From an uncultured Verrucomicrobiae bacterium (GTDB lineage Bacteria; Verrucomicrobiota; Verrucomicrobiia; Palsa-1439), in contig CAWEWF010000014.1 in assembly GCA_963812605.1 (NCBI GenBank), positions 576,001 through 640,000 on the forward strand: a stretch of DNA of 64,000 bases. Reading direction: 5' to 3'. Position numbers and translations under genes: made by a program. The notes under the pieces are model-generated. The model worked only from the letters and a program-made list of their open reading frames with translations. It did not search any database and was not told where the DNA came from. Shown piece by piece: positions 9,890 to 20,389 of the stretch (the first letter of the stretch is position 1; each line of letters starts with the position of its first letter).

Positions 9890-10339
9890 TCACGCCGCTG
9901 CCCGCGCCTGTGGGCAAACCTCCAGCGCTTGAATGGCGTGTTCATCATTCGTGGTCTTGAAAACCGCGACAAACTGGTCGCCACCCGCCGAGGAAGCGTA
10001 CGAGTAGAGAATCTCGATCCCGGCCATGCCCAGATGCATGCCGATCCGGGCCGCCGCGCCAACTTCGTCCGAGGCGCCGACGAGCACGACAGAATTGGCC
10101 TTACAGGAAAAACCCGCCGATTGCAGGGCCTCTTTGGCGGCTAGCGCGTTGTCGGTAATCAGCAGAACGATGAGATCGTCACCGTCAGAGTACGTGCAGT
10201 AAGCGAGTACATTGACGCCGTGATTGGCGACGGCAGCCAATACGCCTCCTAACGCGGCAGGTTTGTTGCCCACGCGCACCGCAAGCTCCACCTCTTTCCT
10301 CGCCTTTGCCACAGCACCTCCAAATGACTCAAACATCAT
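9890..10339 (-). CDS. Tandem ACT-domain protein
   Basis: NKPAALGGVLAAVANHGVNV and DEVGAAARIGMHLGMAGIEILYSY ACT repeats. Confidence 0.85.
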   Translation of the reverse strand: MMFESFGGAVAKARKEVELAVRVGNKPAALGGVLAAVANHGVNVLAYCTYSDGDDLIVLLITDNALAAKEALQSAGFSCKANSVVLVGASDEVGAAARIGMHLGMAGIEILYSYASSAGGDQFVAVFKTTNDEHAIQALEVCPQARAAA

Positions 10340-10416
10340 ACACGCGTCCGGAAGAAGTGCAAATGAAATTATCTGGGCCGCAAGCGCTTACAGGTGGTAA
10401 CCATGAAAGCTTTCAT

Positions 10417-13232
10417 TTAACTGGGTTCTGCGCCTGTGGTCGTATAAGCCTCGACCGGCAAGCAGGTGCACACGACATGGCGATCACCGTAAACATTATC
10501 TACACGACCGACGGAGGGCCAAAACTTGTGCTCGCGTGTCCACGGCGCGGGGAAAGCCGCCTGCTCACGGCTGTACGGATGTTGCCATTTCTCGGCAACC
10601 ACCACTTGCGCCATATGCGGCGCGTTTTTCAGCGGATTATCGGCGCGATCCATCGAACCGGACTCAATGGCTTTGATCTCGGCATGGATCGCGATCATGG
10701 CATCGCAAAACCGGTCGAGTTCGGCTTTGGACTCGCTTTCGGTTGGCTCGATCATGAGCGTACCGGGCACCGGCCACGACATCGTTGGGGCATGAAATCC
10801 ATAATCAATCAGCCGCTTCGCGATGTCCTCGACTTCCACGTTCGCGGTGGCCTTGAATTGACGGCAATCAACGATGCACTCGTGCGCGACAAGATTGCCG
10901 TGCCCTTTGTAAAGCGTCGAGAAATGCGGTTCGAGCCGCTTCGCAATGTAGTTGGCGTTCAGGATCGCCACTTTCGTCGCGTCGGTGAGCCCTTCGCCGC
11001 CCATGAGCGCGATATACATCCACGGAATGGTAAGAATGCTGGCGCTGCCCCATGGCGCCGCGGATACCGGGCCGATACCTTGCGGGCCGCCGACCTCGCC
11101 CAGCGGATGCTTCGGCAAGTACGGAGCCAGGTGTCCCGCGACACCGATCGGCCCCATGCCTGGACCGCCGCCGCCGTGAGGGATACAAAAGGTCTTGTGC
11201 AGATTAAGATGACAGACATCGGCGCCCATGTCCCCGGGACGGCATAACCCAACCTGTGCGTTCATGTTTGCGCCGTCCATGTAGACCTGCCCGCCGTTGT
11301 CGTGAACGATGCGGCAGACCTCCTGGATGGTTTCTTCGAACACGCCGTGGGTGGAGGGATACGTCGCCATGAGCGCGCCAAGATTATCGCGGTGCGCCTC
11401 GTGCCTTGGCGCGTAGATCCGCAACGTCAATGTTGCCTTCTGCATCGCACGCGACAGCGACGACCTGGAAGCCCGCCATCACCGCGCTCGCCGGGTTCGT
11501 GCCATGTGCGGAGAGGGGAATCAGGCAAATATTGCGGTGGCCCTGGCCGCGTTGCTTCTGATACTCGCGGATGACCAGCAGCCCGGCGTACTCGCCCTGC
11601 GAACCAGCATTCGGTTGCAATGAAACAGCCGCGAAACCAGTGATCTCCGCCAACCAGGTTTCCAGTTGTCGGAATAACGTCTGATACCCCTCGGTCTGTT
11701 CGCGGGGCGCAAATGGATGCAATCTGCCGACCTCCGGCCATGTCAACGGAATCATCTCGGCTGTCGCGTTTAATTTCATCGTGCACGAACCGAGCGGAAT
11801 CATCGAGGTCGTGAGCGAGAGGTCCTTCGCCTCGAGCCGCTTCATGTACCGGAGCATCTCGTGCTCCGTGTGATACCGCTGGAAGACTTGATGCGTGAGA
11901 AACGACGTTGTGCGCGCGAATGCGCCAAGCTCTTGGTTCAAAAGGCCGGCCTCGATGTTACGCTCTGCAAGACGGTTCAAATCATCCGCTCGTTGTTGTT
12001 TCATCGAACGACACACCCCACGAACCGTCAGGAGTGCTCGCGCGCATTCAGGCCCTGCGGCTTTGGCGCTCGGCGAAAACGGCAGTGTATCGAAAAATGG
12101 CCCCTTCGGCAGTTCGCCCTGCACTGGTCGCGCAAAGGCTGCGGCCAGCGTATGGATCCGCCGGGCAATCCGCTTCAGTCCCTCCGGTCCATGATAAACC
12201 GCGTACATCGAAGCCATGACGGCGAGGAGCACCTGGGCCGTGCAGATGTTGCTGGTGGCCTTCTCGCGGCGGATGTGTTGCTCGCGCGTCTGGAGCGCTA
12301 GACGCAGGGCAGGATTTCCATGTGCATCTTTCGAGACGCCGACGAGTCGGCCGGGCATGTGGCGTTTGTACGCGTCCCGCGTGGCGAAGAATGCGGCGTG
12401 CGGACCGCCGTAGCCCATCGGCACCCCAAAGCGTTGCGCGCTGCCCACGGCAATGTCCGCGCCAAATTCTCCCGGCGGCTTCAAAAGCGTGAGGGCAAGT
12501 AGGTCAGTCGCGACGACCGCCAGCGCCTTGTGCCCATGCGCCTGTCTGAATAAACGGCTGGTAATCAAGAATCCTGCCATCGGTCGCGGGATATTGCAGC
12601 AGCACCCCGAAGACCTTTTCGTCGAGCGAGAATCCCGCGTAGTCCCCAACGACAACTTCGATTCCAATTGGCAGGGCGCGTGTTTGCACTACCGCGATGG
12701 TTTGCGGGTGGCAGGTATCGGAGACAAAGAAAATGTTTCGATCTTCACGACCTTGCAAGCCGTAGCACATGGTCATCGCCTCGGCAGCCGCCGTCGCTTC
12801 ATCGAGCAAGGAGGCATTGGCCACTTCCATCCCCGTAAGGTCGCTGACCATGGTCTGGAAATTGAGCAGCGCTTCGAGCCGGCCCTGTGAAATCTCGGCC
12901 TGATAGGGGGTGTACGCCGTGTACCAGCCAGGATTTTCCAGGATGTTGCGCTGGATCACGGGCGGCGTGATGCAATCATAATAGCCCATGCCGATGTACG
13001 AGCGGCACACCTTGTTCTGCGACATGATGGCCTTTAGTTCGGCGAGCAACTCCGACTCGCTACGGGCTGCGGGAAGCGAGAGCGGTTTCTCGCGGCGAAT
13101 TTGCTGGGGCACCGCCGCGTCGATCATCGCATCGAGATCTGGGAATCCCACGACGCGGAGCATTTCCCGAACGTCTTCAGGGCTCGGGCCAATATGCCGA
13201 TCCGCAAACTGATCAGGGTGTCCCGTGTTCAT
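10417..13232 (-). CDS. gcvP: Glycine dehydrogenase (P protein), single-chain type, broken by several frameshifts
   Basis: Consecutive ORFs 12504-13232, 11384-12667 and 10417-11445 carry [66 protein letters not shown]. Confidence 0.93.
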
Positions 13233-13609
13233 GCGCCAATATGGTGGGCGTAGTCGTCAGTACTGAGTAAGTCGTTAAGCTCGCTGGGATCGCTCATCTT
13301 GATTTTGAACATCCAACCCTTGTCGTACGGGTCTTGATTGAGCAATTCAGGCGTGCTGCTGAGTTCTTCATTTACGGCAACGATGTCCCCCGACAGGGGC
13401 GCATAGATATCGCTGGCGGCCTTCACACTCTCCACGACAGCACATTCTTTGCCCGCCTCAACGGGCGAGCCGACCGCCGGCGTCTCGACGTACACCACAT
13501 CCGTTAACTCATGCTGCGCATGATCGGTGATGCCGACCACTGCGACATCGCCCTCGACTCGCACCCATTCGTGAGTTTTCGCGTATTTCAGATTTTTCGG
13601 AACGTTCAT
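13229..13609 (-). CDS. gcvH: Glycine cleavage H protein
   Basis: [13 protein letters not shown], lipoyl motif [13 protein letters not shown]. Confidence 0.97.
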   Translation of the reverse strand: MNVPKNLKYAKTHEWVRVEGDVAVVGITDHAQHELTDVVYVETPAVGSPVEAGKECAVVESVKAASDIYAPLSGDIVAVNEELSSTPELLNQDPYDKGWMFKIKMSDPSELNDLLSTDDYAHHIGA

Positions 13610-14697
13610 GGGCCTTTCTTCAGGATTGGTTTCTTCTGGATCATCGCTGCGAACTTCTTCCCGCGAATTTCAATCTCAATCGGGGCGCCCACCGATGCGG
13701 CAGCGGTTTCCACGTAGCCCATGCCGATGCCGCAACCCAGGGTGGGCGATTGCGTGCCGCTGGTGATTTCACCGATCTTCCGGCCATTGGCCAGAATGGC
13801 GTAGTGCGGTCGCGGCGGTGGCGATTTCTCGGTCATCGTAAACGCGACGAGTTTGCGATCCACCCCTTCGGCCTTTTGTTCCATGAGGACGTCACTTCCG
13901 ATGAACGCGTCTTTCTCGAACGCGACAAACTTCCCGAGGCCTGCTTCCAGGGGCGTGGTCTTTTCGGTAAGATCGTTACCGTAAAGCGGATAACACATCT
14001 CCAGCCGCAGCGTGTCGCGGGCGCCAAGCCCACACGGCTGGATACCAAATGGTTCGCCCTCGGCCAATAGGATCCGCCATAAGTGCGGTGCGTCAGTCGC
14101 TTCGCAGAAAAGCTCAAAGCCATCCTCACCGGTGTAACCGGTCCGGGCCACCCAGCATTCCTTGCCGAAAACCTGCCGTCGTTGCACATGGAAATGTGGA
14201 AGCGTATCCGAAAAGTCGAAGAACTTGCTGGCAGCTGGACCTTGGAGCGCCAACGCTGCAAACCGATCGCTCAGGTTGGAGATCACCGCCGACACCGTCG
14301 CCTCCGCGTTCATCCACACGAAATCGCCTTCGATATTGCCAGCGTTCACGATGACAAGAAAGACGCTTGGCTCAAGGCGATACACGATCAAGTCATCCAC
14401 GATCCCGCCCTCGTGGTTGCACATCAAGGTGTATTGGGCCTGTCCGACGGCGAGTTTGCTCACGTCGTTGGTCAACAAATGGTTGAGCCCCCGTTCCGCA
14501 TTCGGCCCCGCGACCAGGAATTCGCCCATGTGCGAGATGTCGAAGAGGCCGACCCGCTCCCGCACCGCCGCGTGTTCCGCGAGAATGCTCGAGTATTGCA
14601 CAGGCATTTCCCAGCCGCCGAACGGCACCATTTTCGCGCCCCACTCAAGGTGCGAGGCGTACAAAGGCGTGCGTTTGAGCGTTTCAGCACTATGCAT
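13606..14697 (-). CDS. gcvT: Glycine cleavage T protein (aminomethyltransferase)
   Basis: [41 protein letters not shown]. Confidence 0.97.
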   Translation of the reverse strand: MHSAETLKRTPLYASHLEWGAKMVPFGGWEMPVQYSSILAEHAAVRERVGLFDISHMGEFLVAGPNAERGLNHLLTNDVSKLAVGQAQYTLMCNHEGGIVDDLIVYRLEPSVFLVIVNAGNIEGDFVWMNAEATVSAVISNLSDRFAALALQGPAASKFFDFSDTLPHFHVQRRQVFGKECWVARTGYTGEDGFELFCEATDAPHLWRILLAEGEPFGIQPCGLGARDTLRLEMCYPLYGNDLTEKTTPLEAGLGKFVAFEKDAFIGSDVLMEQKAEGVDRKLVAFTMTEKSPPPRPHYAILANGRKIGEITSGTQSPTLGCGIGMGYVETAAASVGAPIEIEIRGKKFAAMIQKKPILKKGP

Positions 14698-14705
14698 GGC
14701 GCGTT

Positions 14706-14734
14706 ACGTTAATGGCGGGGTGAGTGGGTGTCAA
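14706..14734 (-). promoter_or_regulatory. Sigma70-like promoter of gcvT
   Basis: TTGACA-17 nt-TAACGT on the minus strand, ending 8 nt before the ATG. Confidence 0.6.
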
Positions 14735-14799
14735 TTTAGGAATACGCAGCATGAATCTGCGCCCCAAACCACGCAACTTCCGCCCTTCAACCCCTTCAA

Positions 14800-15306
14800 A
14801 AGGCCCTCCCGGTGGGTTCGTTCTGGAAAACGAACCCACCGTTTTCCGTCGCCATTTTATTATGCAACTCATTGTGGCCATGTTGGATAACTGCTGTTTT
14901 CCAAGATAAAATCGGTGGGTTCGTTTCGCAGAAACGTATAGGGGGGGTCTTCTTCCTTGCCGTGAGGGCGACATTCTGTCGCGATTCCTCGTCGTATTCT
15001 TTCGCCTCTCCCCTTGGGGGAGAGGGTTAGGGTGAGGGGTGTTCGCAACCTCGCGAAGTGGGCTTGAGAGCCTTCCTCGAATCCTTCTCTGGGTTCAACG
15101 TTCATCTGTTTCCCCGACTATACCCATCCGGAATCACCGAGTCCAGCAGAATTATCAATTACCGATAATCCCTCGGCGTGCTTCCCCAGTAGTTGTAGGC
15201 CGCGTGCCCCCACGCGGCGGGGATTCAGGGTGCTCCTCAGCCCGTCATCCGGAGCGAAGCGAAACTCGAAGAGGCCGATTGTCGTGTATCGGCAAATCTC
15301 TGTTGT
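14800..15306 (-). repeat. Composite non-coding repeat element, copy 2 (inverted relative to 4261-4905)
   Basis: Same two conserved modules; the middle carries a CCCCTCACCCTAACCCTCTCCCC-type palindrome instead of the REPs in copy 1. Confidence 0.85.
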
Positions 15307-15415
15307 TAAAGTCGTCTCCGTTAGGTTGGGGCTGTAGGCCTTGCCACTATCACTAAATCCGTGCACCCATGTTGTTGCGTCGTCCCACTGATTCTTCAGG
15401 GAAACAGCCTCTTTA

Positions 15416-15444
15416 CGTAGGTTCGAGTCCTGCCTGCCGACTCC
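15416..15444 (+). other. tRNA-like 3' remnant (T-arm plus acceptor-like strand), not a full tRNA
   Basis: GTAGG-TTCGAGT-CCTGC T-arm followed by CTGCCGACTCC; no recognisable 5' half. Confidence 0.4.
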
Positions 15445-15525
15445 TTTTTGTGCTTTCCTTGCCGCGCTAGTAGAGGTCTAATCACAAATTGGTGAAGGTG
15501 AAGCGGGGACAATCCCAGGGAAGAG

Positions 15526-16032
15526 GTGAAATATATGAAATTCGCTACATTGATGGTTCTCAGTTTCCTTGTGTGTTCGCAACAAGCGGTGTGGTCTCAG
15601 CAACACGCCCAAGCTGCCAGCAATAATGACGCGCTGCTGGCAAAGTGTACGAAGCTTCTTACTTACGGCGAACAGCAGGAGCTTTACAAGCCTAGCAAGC
15701 TGGACGCGGTAGTTACCTTAGGGCTTTTGGGCGACGAGCGCGCAGTGCCCATTCTAATCGATCATCTTCAGAATGAAGAGGACAGGAATCTACGATTCCA
15801 TATCGCACAAGCACCGGGGTGGATTGGCAGCACGAATGCAGTGCCAGCGTTGGAGGACGCCTTGCACGACAAGTACCCGATGCTGCGAGTGGAGGCGGCG
15901 ACCGCTTTGAAAGACATTACCGGCAAAGATTACCAATACGACAAGGCGGGGTTGCCTGATATGGAGACTATGAAATTATTCCCTCATTCATCAACGAATG
16001 CCTCCGATAAGTCGATTGGGAGCAAACCCTAA
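15526..16032 (+). CDS. Secreted HEAT/PBS-repeat protein
   Basis: Signal peptide; AVVTLGLLGDERAVPILIDHL, AVPALEDALHD..LRVEAATALKDITG. Confidence 0.8.
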   Translation: MKYMKFATLMVLSFLVCSQQAVWSQQHAQAASNNDALLAKCTKLLTYGEQQELYKPSKLDAVVTLGLLGDERAVPILIDHLQNEEDRNLRFHIAQAPGWIGSTNAVPALEDALHDKYPMLRVEAATALKDITGKDYQYDKAGLPDMETMKLFPHSSTNASDKSIGSKP

Positions 16033-16128
16033 CCTCCAGCCGACCGCAACCCGCAAGGCACGCAAACCGTCCAAAGCGGGGACTCCTTTTTGCTTTCCTC
16101 GCGGTCTGGCTAGGGGTCTAATGCTGCG

Positions 16129-16344
16129 GTGATGAGTAGCTTCGCTAGAACGGTGGACTCGAAAGCATCATCAGCCTCTAATCGCGGCATCCTGAGGACG
16201 TTGGTTCTTAGCTTGTTTGTGCTAGCCTTCGTAGGTTGTTCCACCCCGTATCGTGATGATACATCAACGGAATATTGGAACCAGCAAGCGGCACAGACTT
16301 TTGGTTTACCCCAGCTCCATACTCAGCACACCTGGTCGCCTTAA
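16129..16344 (+). CDS. Small putative lipoprotein
   Basis: Hydrophobic stretch with lipobox-like FVGC; flanked by the same motifs as the HEAT gene. Confidence 0.5.
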   Translation: MMSSFARTVDSKASSASNRGILRTLVLSLFVLAFVGCSTPYRDDTSTEYWNQQAAQTFGLPQLHTQHTWSP

Positions 16345-16524
16345 GTCCAAACAACTATCTCAAGAGCTTAAACCGCAAGGTTCGTAAATCGTCCAAACCG
16401 GGGAGCCAATTTCCTTCCAAACAGCGTCTGCGAGCCTCTCCATTCGGTCGGGGGGTTCAGTCGTGAATGAGAGAGCTGTCCACAGGGAGGAGCAGTGGGA
16501 ACTGGCATTCTTGTCTGTGTCTAG

Positions 16525-16556
16525 AAAAGGCGAGCCCCGCAAGAATGCGGGGCTCG
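16525..16556 (-). terminator. Intrinsic terminator of the PEP-CTERM gene
   Basis: Hairpin CGAGCCCCGCA-ttct-TGCGGGGCTCG followed by CCTTTT on the minus strand. Confidence 0.7.
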
Positions 16557-16582
16557 AGAGCGAACAACCGACTGATTTGGCC

Positions 16583-17392
16583 TCAGGATTTGCGCCGGCG
16601 CAAAATCAACATGCCCGCCAAGCCTCCCCCGACCATCAGGATCGTGGAGGGTTCAGGCACCGCGCTCAGGCTCATATTGTTGTAGAAATCATTCTGGGAG
16701 GTGCCATTGCCGGCGTTGAAGTTGAACAGCCGCACCTGCGCGATAGAGGCTCCCGCGTCACCTTCCAACGAGATATTGTTGGTGCTGTAGCTAGAGGCGT
16801 TGCCATTCAATCCTGTGACCGACACATTCATCGTGTCCGCGCTCGTGAGGGTGAACGTCAAATGCAAGCCGGTATCCGTGAAGCCGATGCCGGTATCCGC
16901 GCCGCTGGTTGTTTGCAGCGTGTAATCCGATTGGCCGCCGACGAAAAAGAATTCGACGCGATTATTGCCGTTGGCTTCCTGCAACCCGAGCCCGACCGTG
17001 CCGCCGTTTTGGAGGAAGCCATTCTCAAAGTCGATCGAGAACGATTGGCCAAGTTGGAGTACGGACGAGAACGGGCGGACGGCAGAGGCGGTCTGACTGT
17101 TATTGCCGTACAAGCCCCAGGCTGCGCCGTTGCCTGAGTTGATCCCGGCGTGGCCGCCGGCGCCATTGGCGGTGGAATCGTTCAAGGTCTCGCCGCTCTG
17201 GGCGACGGTGCCGCTGTTGTTGAAGGACCATGGACCGTAGCCCGTGCCGCCATTACTGCCGTTTGTCCACGTGCTGCTGGCAATAGTGCCGTAATTGCCT
17301 GCATTGTCGGTGCTTTGTCCCCGTGCAGAGATCGCAAACAACACCGCTGCCGTGAATAAAGCGGGGAATAGGATGCTTGAGAACCTTTTCAT
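16583..17392 (-). CDS. PEP-CTERM sorting-domain surface protein
   Basis: Signal peptide; G/S/N/T-rich body; C-terminal VPEPST-TM-RRRKS. Confidence 0.95.
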   Translation of the reverse strand: MKRFSSILFPALFTAAVLFAISARGQSTDNAGNYGTIASSTWTNGSNGGTGYGPWSFNNSGTVAQSGETLNDSTANGAGGHAGINSGNGAAWGLYGNNSQTASAVRPFSSVLQLGQSFSIDFENGFLQNGGTVGLGLQEANGNNRVEFFFVGGQSDYTLQTTSGADTGIGFTDTGLHLTFTLTSADTMNVSVTGLNGNASSYSTNNISLEGDAGASIAQVRLFNFNAGNGTSQNDFYNNMSLSAVPEPSTILMVGGGLAGMLILRRRKS

Positions 17393-17709
17393 GCCCGTAC
17401 TCCTTTACTCGCCGTGTTTCTCTTCTCGCCCTGACTTGTTAAACCGTTTTCGCTCACCACCGAATCACCCACCCATGTATCGACAGTGGGTTTATCCGTA
17501 AATTCTAGGGATCGAATAGCACAAAAATGCCCGCAATGTCAATACCTATTTGGCAGTCGGAGGTCTTTCGTGGGTGGCACTAGCCCGTAGATCCCAAGGT
17601 GTTGGGTTGTGTTCCGCTGGTCAGGTTCTAGCGGATTTTGGCCCCGGCCAGCCTCATCCCAAACAATTTTGGTTGAGTCTCCCGAAGCAACTTACTACCG
17701 TGGCGAAAT

Positions 17710-18096
17710 ATGAGCGACCCGATTCCAGTGGAGGCCGTGGTTGTCGAGAAGACATACGTGGGCAAGGTTTGCTTTCCCGCAGCCGTGCCGGAACGCTTTG
17801 TGGATCACTTGCGTTTTCCAGAGGATTTATACGAGCACGTGGAAAAAATGGGCTTGAACCAACGGACTGTAAAATTCCTGCTGGGCGCGCTCAATGGCCG
17901 CTGGTCGCTCACCGCTTCCGCCGACCTGCAAGACATCGCGATCAAGACAGCCATGCAGTACGCGGAAATGGATACGATCGTTCAAGACCTCATTGAGAAG
18001 AACTATGCGCGCCTGGATAAGCGCATCGACCTCTATCGCTTCTGGGTGGTCCTGCTTCACGTAAAAGGCGTCTACTTCGAACAGGCCGAGGACTAG
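17710..18096 (+). CDS. Hypothetical protein (possibly winged-helix-like)
   Basis: 128-aa ORF with normal codon usage; no family recognised with confidence. Confidence 0.65.
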   Translation: MSDPIPVEAVVVEKTYVGKVCFPAAVPERFVDHLRFPEDLYEHVEKMGLNQRTVKFLLGALNGRWSLTASADLQDIAIKTAMQYAEMDTIVQDLIEKNYARLDKRIDLYRFWVVLLHVKGVYFEQAED

Positions 18097-18116
18097 AAAC
18101 GGCGTCATAAATCTCC

Positions 18117-18178
18117 GGTGGCACAGGCGTCCCTGCCTGTGTCGATGGATTTTGACAGGCACGGAGGCCTGTCCCACC
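18117..18178. repeat. Inverted REP doublet
   Basis: GGTGGCACAGGCGTCCCTGCCTGTG followed by an inverted variant (reverse complement GGTGGGACAGGCCTCCGTGCCTGT). Confidence 0.8.
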
Positions 18179-18252
18179 ATTTATGAGATAGCCCCGAGGC
18201 TCGCACGGCGTTTGCCTTCCGCGACGGTTGCTGGTATCCTCAGGTTGTTGTC

Positions 18253-19473
18253 ATGACCGAGCCATTTCATACGCAGGCCGTCCGCTTCAATTCGATAGCG
18301 GAGTGCCTCGAAGATATCCGCCAGGGACGCATGATCATCGTCACCGACGACGAAGACCGTGAGAATGAGGGCGACCTCATCATGGCCGCCGAAAAAGTCA
18401 CGCCGGAAGCTGTCAATTTCATGACGAAACACGGGCGCGGTCTGATCTGCGTGCCCACGACCGAGTCGCGTCTCAAGGCGCTCGGCATTGGCCGCATGGT
18501 CGCCGAAAACCGCGAGAGCTTCAAAACCGATTTCATGGTCAGCGTCGACGCGCGCGATGGCATCACCACGGGCATCAGCGCCCATGATCGCGCGCGCAGT
18601 ATTCGTGTCCTCGCTGATCCGAACGCCGCTCCCAAAGATCTGGTGTCCCCGGGTCACATCTTTCCGCTCCAGGCCCGCGAAGGCGGCGTCCTTCGTCGCG
18701 CTGGTCACACCGAGGCGTCTGTCGATCTGGTGAAGATGGCGGGACTCTTTCCCGTCGCCGTTCTTTGCGAGATCCTGAATGAAGACGGCACCATGGCGCG
18801 CCTGACCGACCTGATGAAGTTCCGTGAACAATTTGGGTTGAAAACCTGCACCATTCGCGATCTCATCGAGTATCGCCGCGTGCGCGAGAAACTCGTCGCG
18901 AAAGAGCAGGAGGTCTTGCTGCCGACAGCCTATGGCGAATTCAAACTGCATCTCTATCGCTCGCTGGTGGATGGCCAGCATCATGCCGCGCTGGTGATGG
19001 GTGACGTGCGCGGCAAAGAGAATGTTCTGGTGCGCGTCCACAGCGAATGCCTGACGGGCGATGTATTTGGCTCGTTGCGGTGCGACTGCGGCCCGCAACT
19101 GCATGACGCCCTGAAACGCATCGCCGAAGAGGGTGAAGGCGTTCTGGTTTACATGCGGCAGGAGGGGCGGGGCATCGGCTTCGCCAATAAAATCCACGCT
19201 TACGCGCTCCAGGAGAAAGGGCTCGATACCGTCGAGGCCAATGAAAAACTCGGGTTCAAGCCCGACTTGCGTGAGTACGGCCTCGGCGCGCAGATCCTGG
19301 TCGATCTCGGCCTGCACAGCATTCGCCTGCTGACCAACAATCCGAAAAAAGTCGTGGGGTTGGAAGGCTTCAACCTCCAGATTGTCGAACAAGTGCCGAT
19401 TCGCTCCGAGCCGACGCCGCACAACAGCAAATACCTAGAAACCAAGAAGACGAAAATGGGCCACGTCCTGTAA
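18253..19473 (+). CDS. ribBA: Bifunctional DHBP synthase / GTP cyclohydrolase II
   Basis: DDEDRENEGD, GITTGISAHDR, RAGHTEA, VRVHSECLTGD, RCDCG, QEGRGIG. Confidence 0.97.
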   Translation: MTEPFHTQAVRFNSIAECLEDIRQGRMIIVTDDEDRENEGDLIMAAEKVTPEAVNFMTKHGRGLICVPTTESRLKALGIGRMVAENRESFKTDFMVSVDARDGITTGISAHDRARSIRVLADPNAAPKDLVSPGHIFPLQAREGGVLRRAGHTEASVDLVKMAGLFPVAVLCEILNEDGTMARLTDLMKFREQFGLKTCTIRDLIEYRRVREKLVAKEQEVLLPTAYGEFKLHLYRSLVDGQHHAALVMGDVRGKENVLVRVHSECLTGDVFGSLRCDCGPQLHDALKRIAEEGEGVLVYMRQEGRGIGFANKIHAYALQEKGLDTVEANEKLGFKPDLREYGLGAQILVDLGLHSIRLLTNNPKKVVGLEGFNLQIVEQVPIRSEPTPHNSKYLETKKTKMGHVL

Positions 19474-19475
19474 CC

Positions 19476-19946
19476 ATGCTGCGTGGAAAGAAAATCGAAA
19501 GACGCCTGTCTGCCGCTGGTCTGCGATTCGGCATCGCGGCTGCGCGGTACAACACCGGCCTGGCTGATGCATTGCTCGCGAATTGCGTCGACACCCTGGC
19601 GAAAGCCGGTGCGGACACGCGCGACATCAAGGTTCTGCGTGTCCCCGGCACCTTCGAAGTTACTGTGGCTGCCGCGAGGCTCGCCAGGAACGACAAATGT
19701 GATTGTGTGATTGGTCTTGGCGTCTTGGTGGAAGGCGAAACGCGTCACGCCCGGCACATCGGCAGCGCGGTGGCCCACGGCCTCACGGACGTCGCGATTC
19801 GCACCGGCGTGCCGATGGTCTTCGGGATCGTTGCCGCGAACAATCTCCGGCAGGCGCGTGTGCGTTGCCTCGGCAAGAAACACAACCGCGGTCGGGAAGC
19901 GGCCCTGACCGCCATTGAAATGGCACGGCTATGGAAAAACCTGTAA
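19476..19946 (+). CDS. ribH: Lumazine synthase
   Basis: VPGTFE, GLGVLVEGETRH, NRGREAALTAIEMA. Confidence 0.93.
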   Translation: MLRGKKIERRLSAAGLRFGIAAARYNTGLADALLANCVDTLAKAGADTRDIKVLRVPGTFEVTVAAARLARNDKCDCVIGLGVLVEGETRHARHIGSAVAHGLTDVAIRTGVPMVFGIVAANNLRQARVRCLGKKHNRGREAALTAIEMARLWKNL

Positions 19947-20389
19947 AGCCGCCGGGAAAACGCCGCATCGCCCGCGAGCTGGCCGTTCAATTCCTCTATC
20001 AATTTGATATCAGTGGCGGATCGTTGGAGGAAGCGTTGCCGTTGTTCTGGCAGACGCAGTCGGAAGTCGCCGAAGACGGGCGCAAATTCGCCGAGGAACT
20101 CATTCACGGCGTGGTCGAGCGTCGCGCGGCTATCGACGAACGCATCGCCAAATACACGGATAATTGGGATTTGCCGCGCATCGCCGCCGTCGACCGCAAC
20201 ATCCTGAGACTGGCCATGTACGAGATGCTGTTTCGAGACGATATCCCGCCCGTGGTCAGCATCAATGAAGCGGTCGACATTGCCAAGAAATTTTCCACGC
20301 GCGAATCGGGCGCGTTCGTCAACGGGATTCTCGACCGCCTGAAGGCCGATCTGACCCGACCCTCGCGCACGGCCGCGTCTGCGCAATGA
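19931..20389 (+). CDS. nusB: Transcription antitermination factor NusB
   Basis: RRIARELAVQFLYQ, VDRNILRLAMYE, INEAVDIAKKF, FVNGILD. Confidence 0.96.
   Translation: MEKPVKPPGKRRIARELAVQFLYQFDISGGSLEEALPLFWQTQSEVAEDGRKFAEELIHGVVERRAAIDERIAKYTDNWDLPRIAAVDRNILRLAMYEMLFRDDIPPVVSINEAVDIAKKFSTRESGAFVNGILDRLKADLTRPSRTAASAQ

Noticed and set aside
10417-13232. gcvP split into subunits, or programmed frameshifting
   Set aside because: Breaks do not match the GcvPA/PB boundary, and similar indels hit nuoB, ribE and hemC. Sequencing error is the simplest explanation.
14698-14800. Glycine riboswitch upstream of gcvT
   Set aside because: No aptamer motifs were recognised, and the promoter lies immediately before the start codon.
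15370-15445. Intact tRNA gene
   Set aside because: Only a T-arm-like 3' part is visible; no D-arm, anticodon arm or matching 5' acceptor strand.
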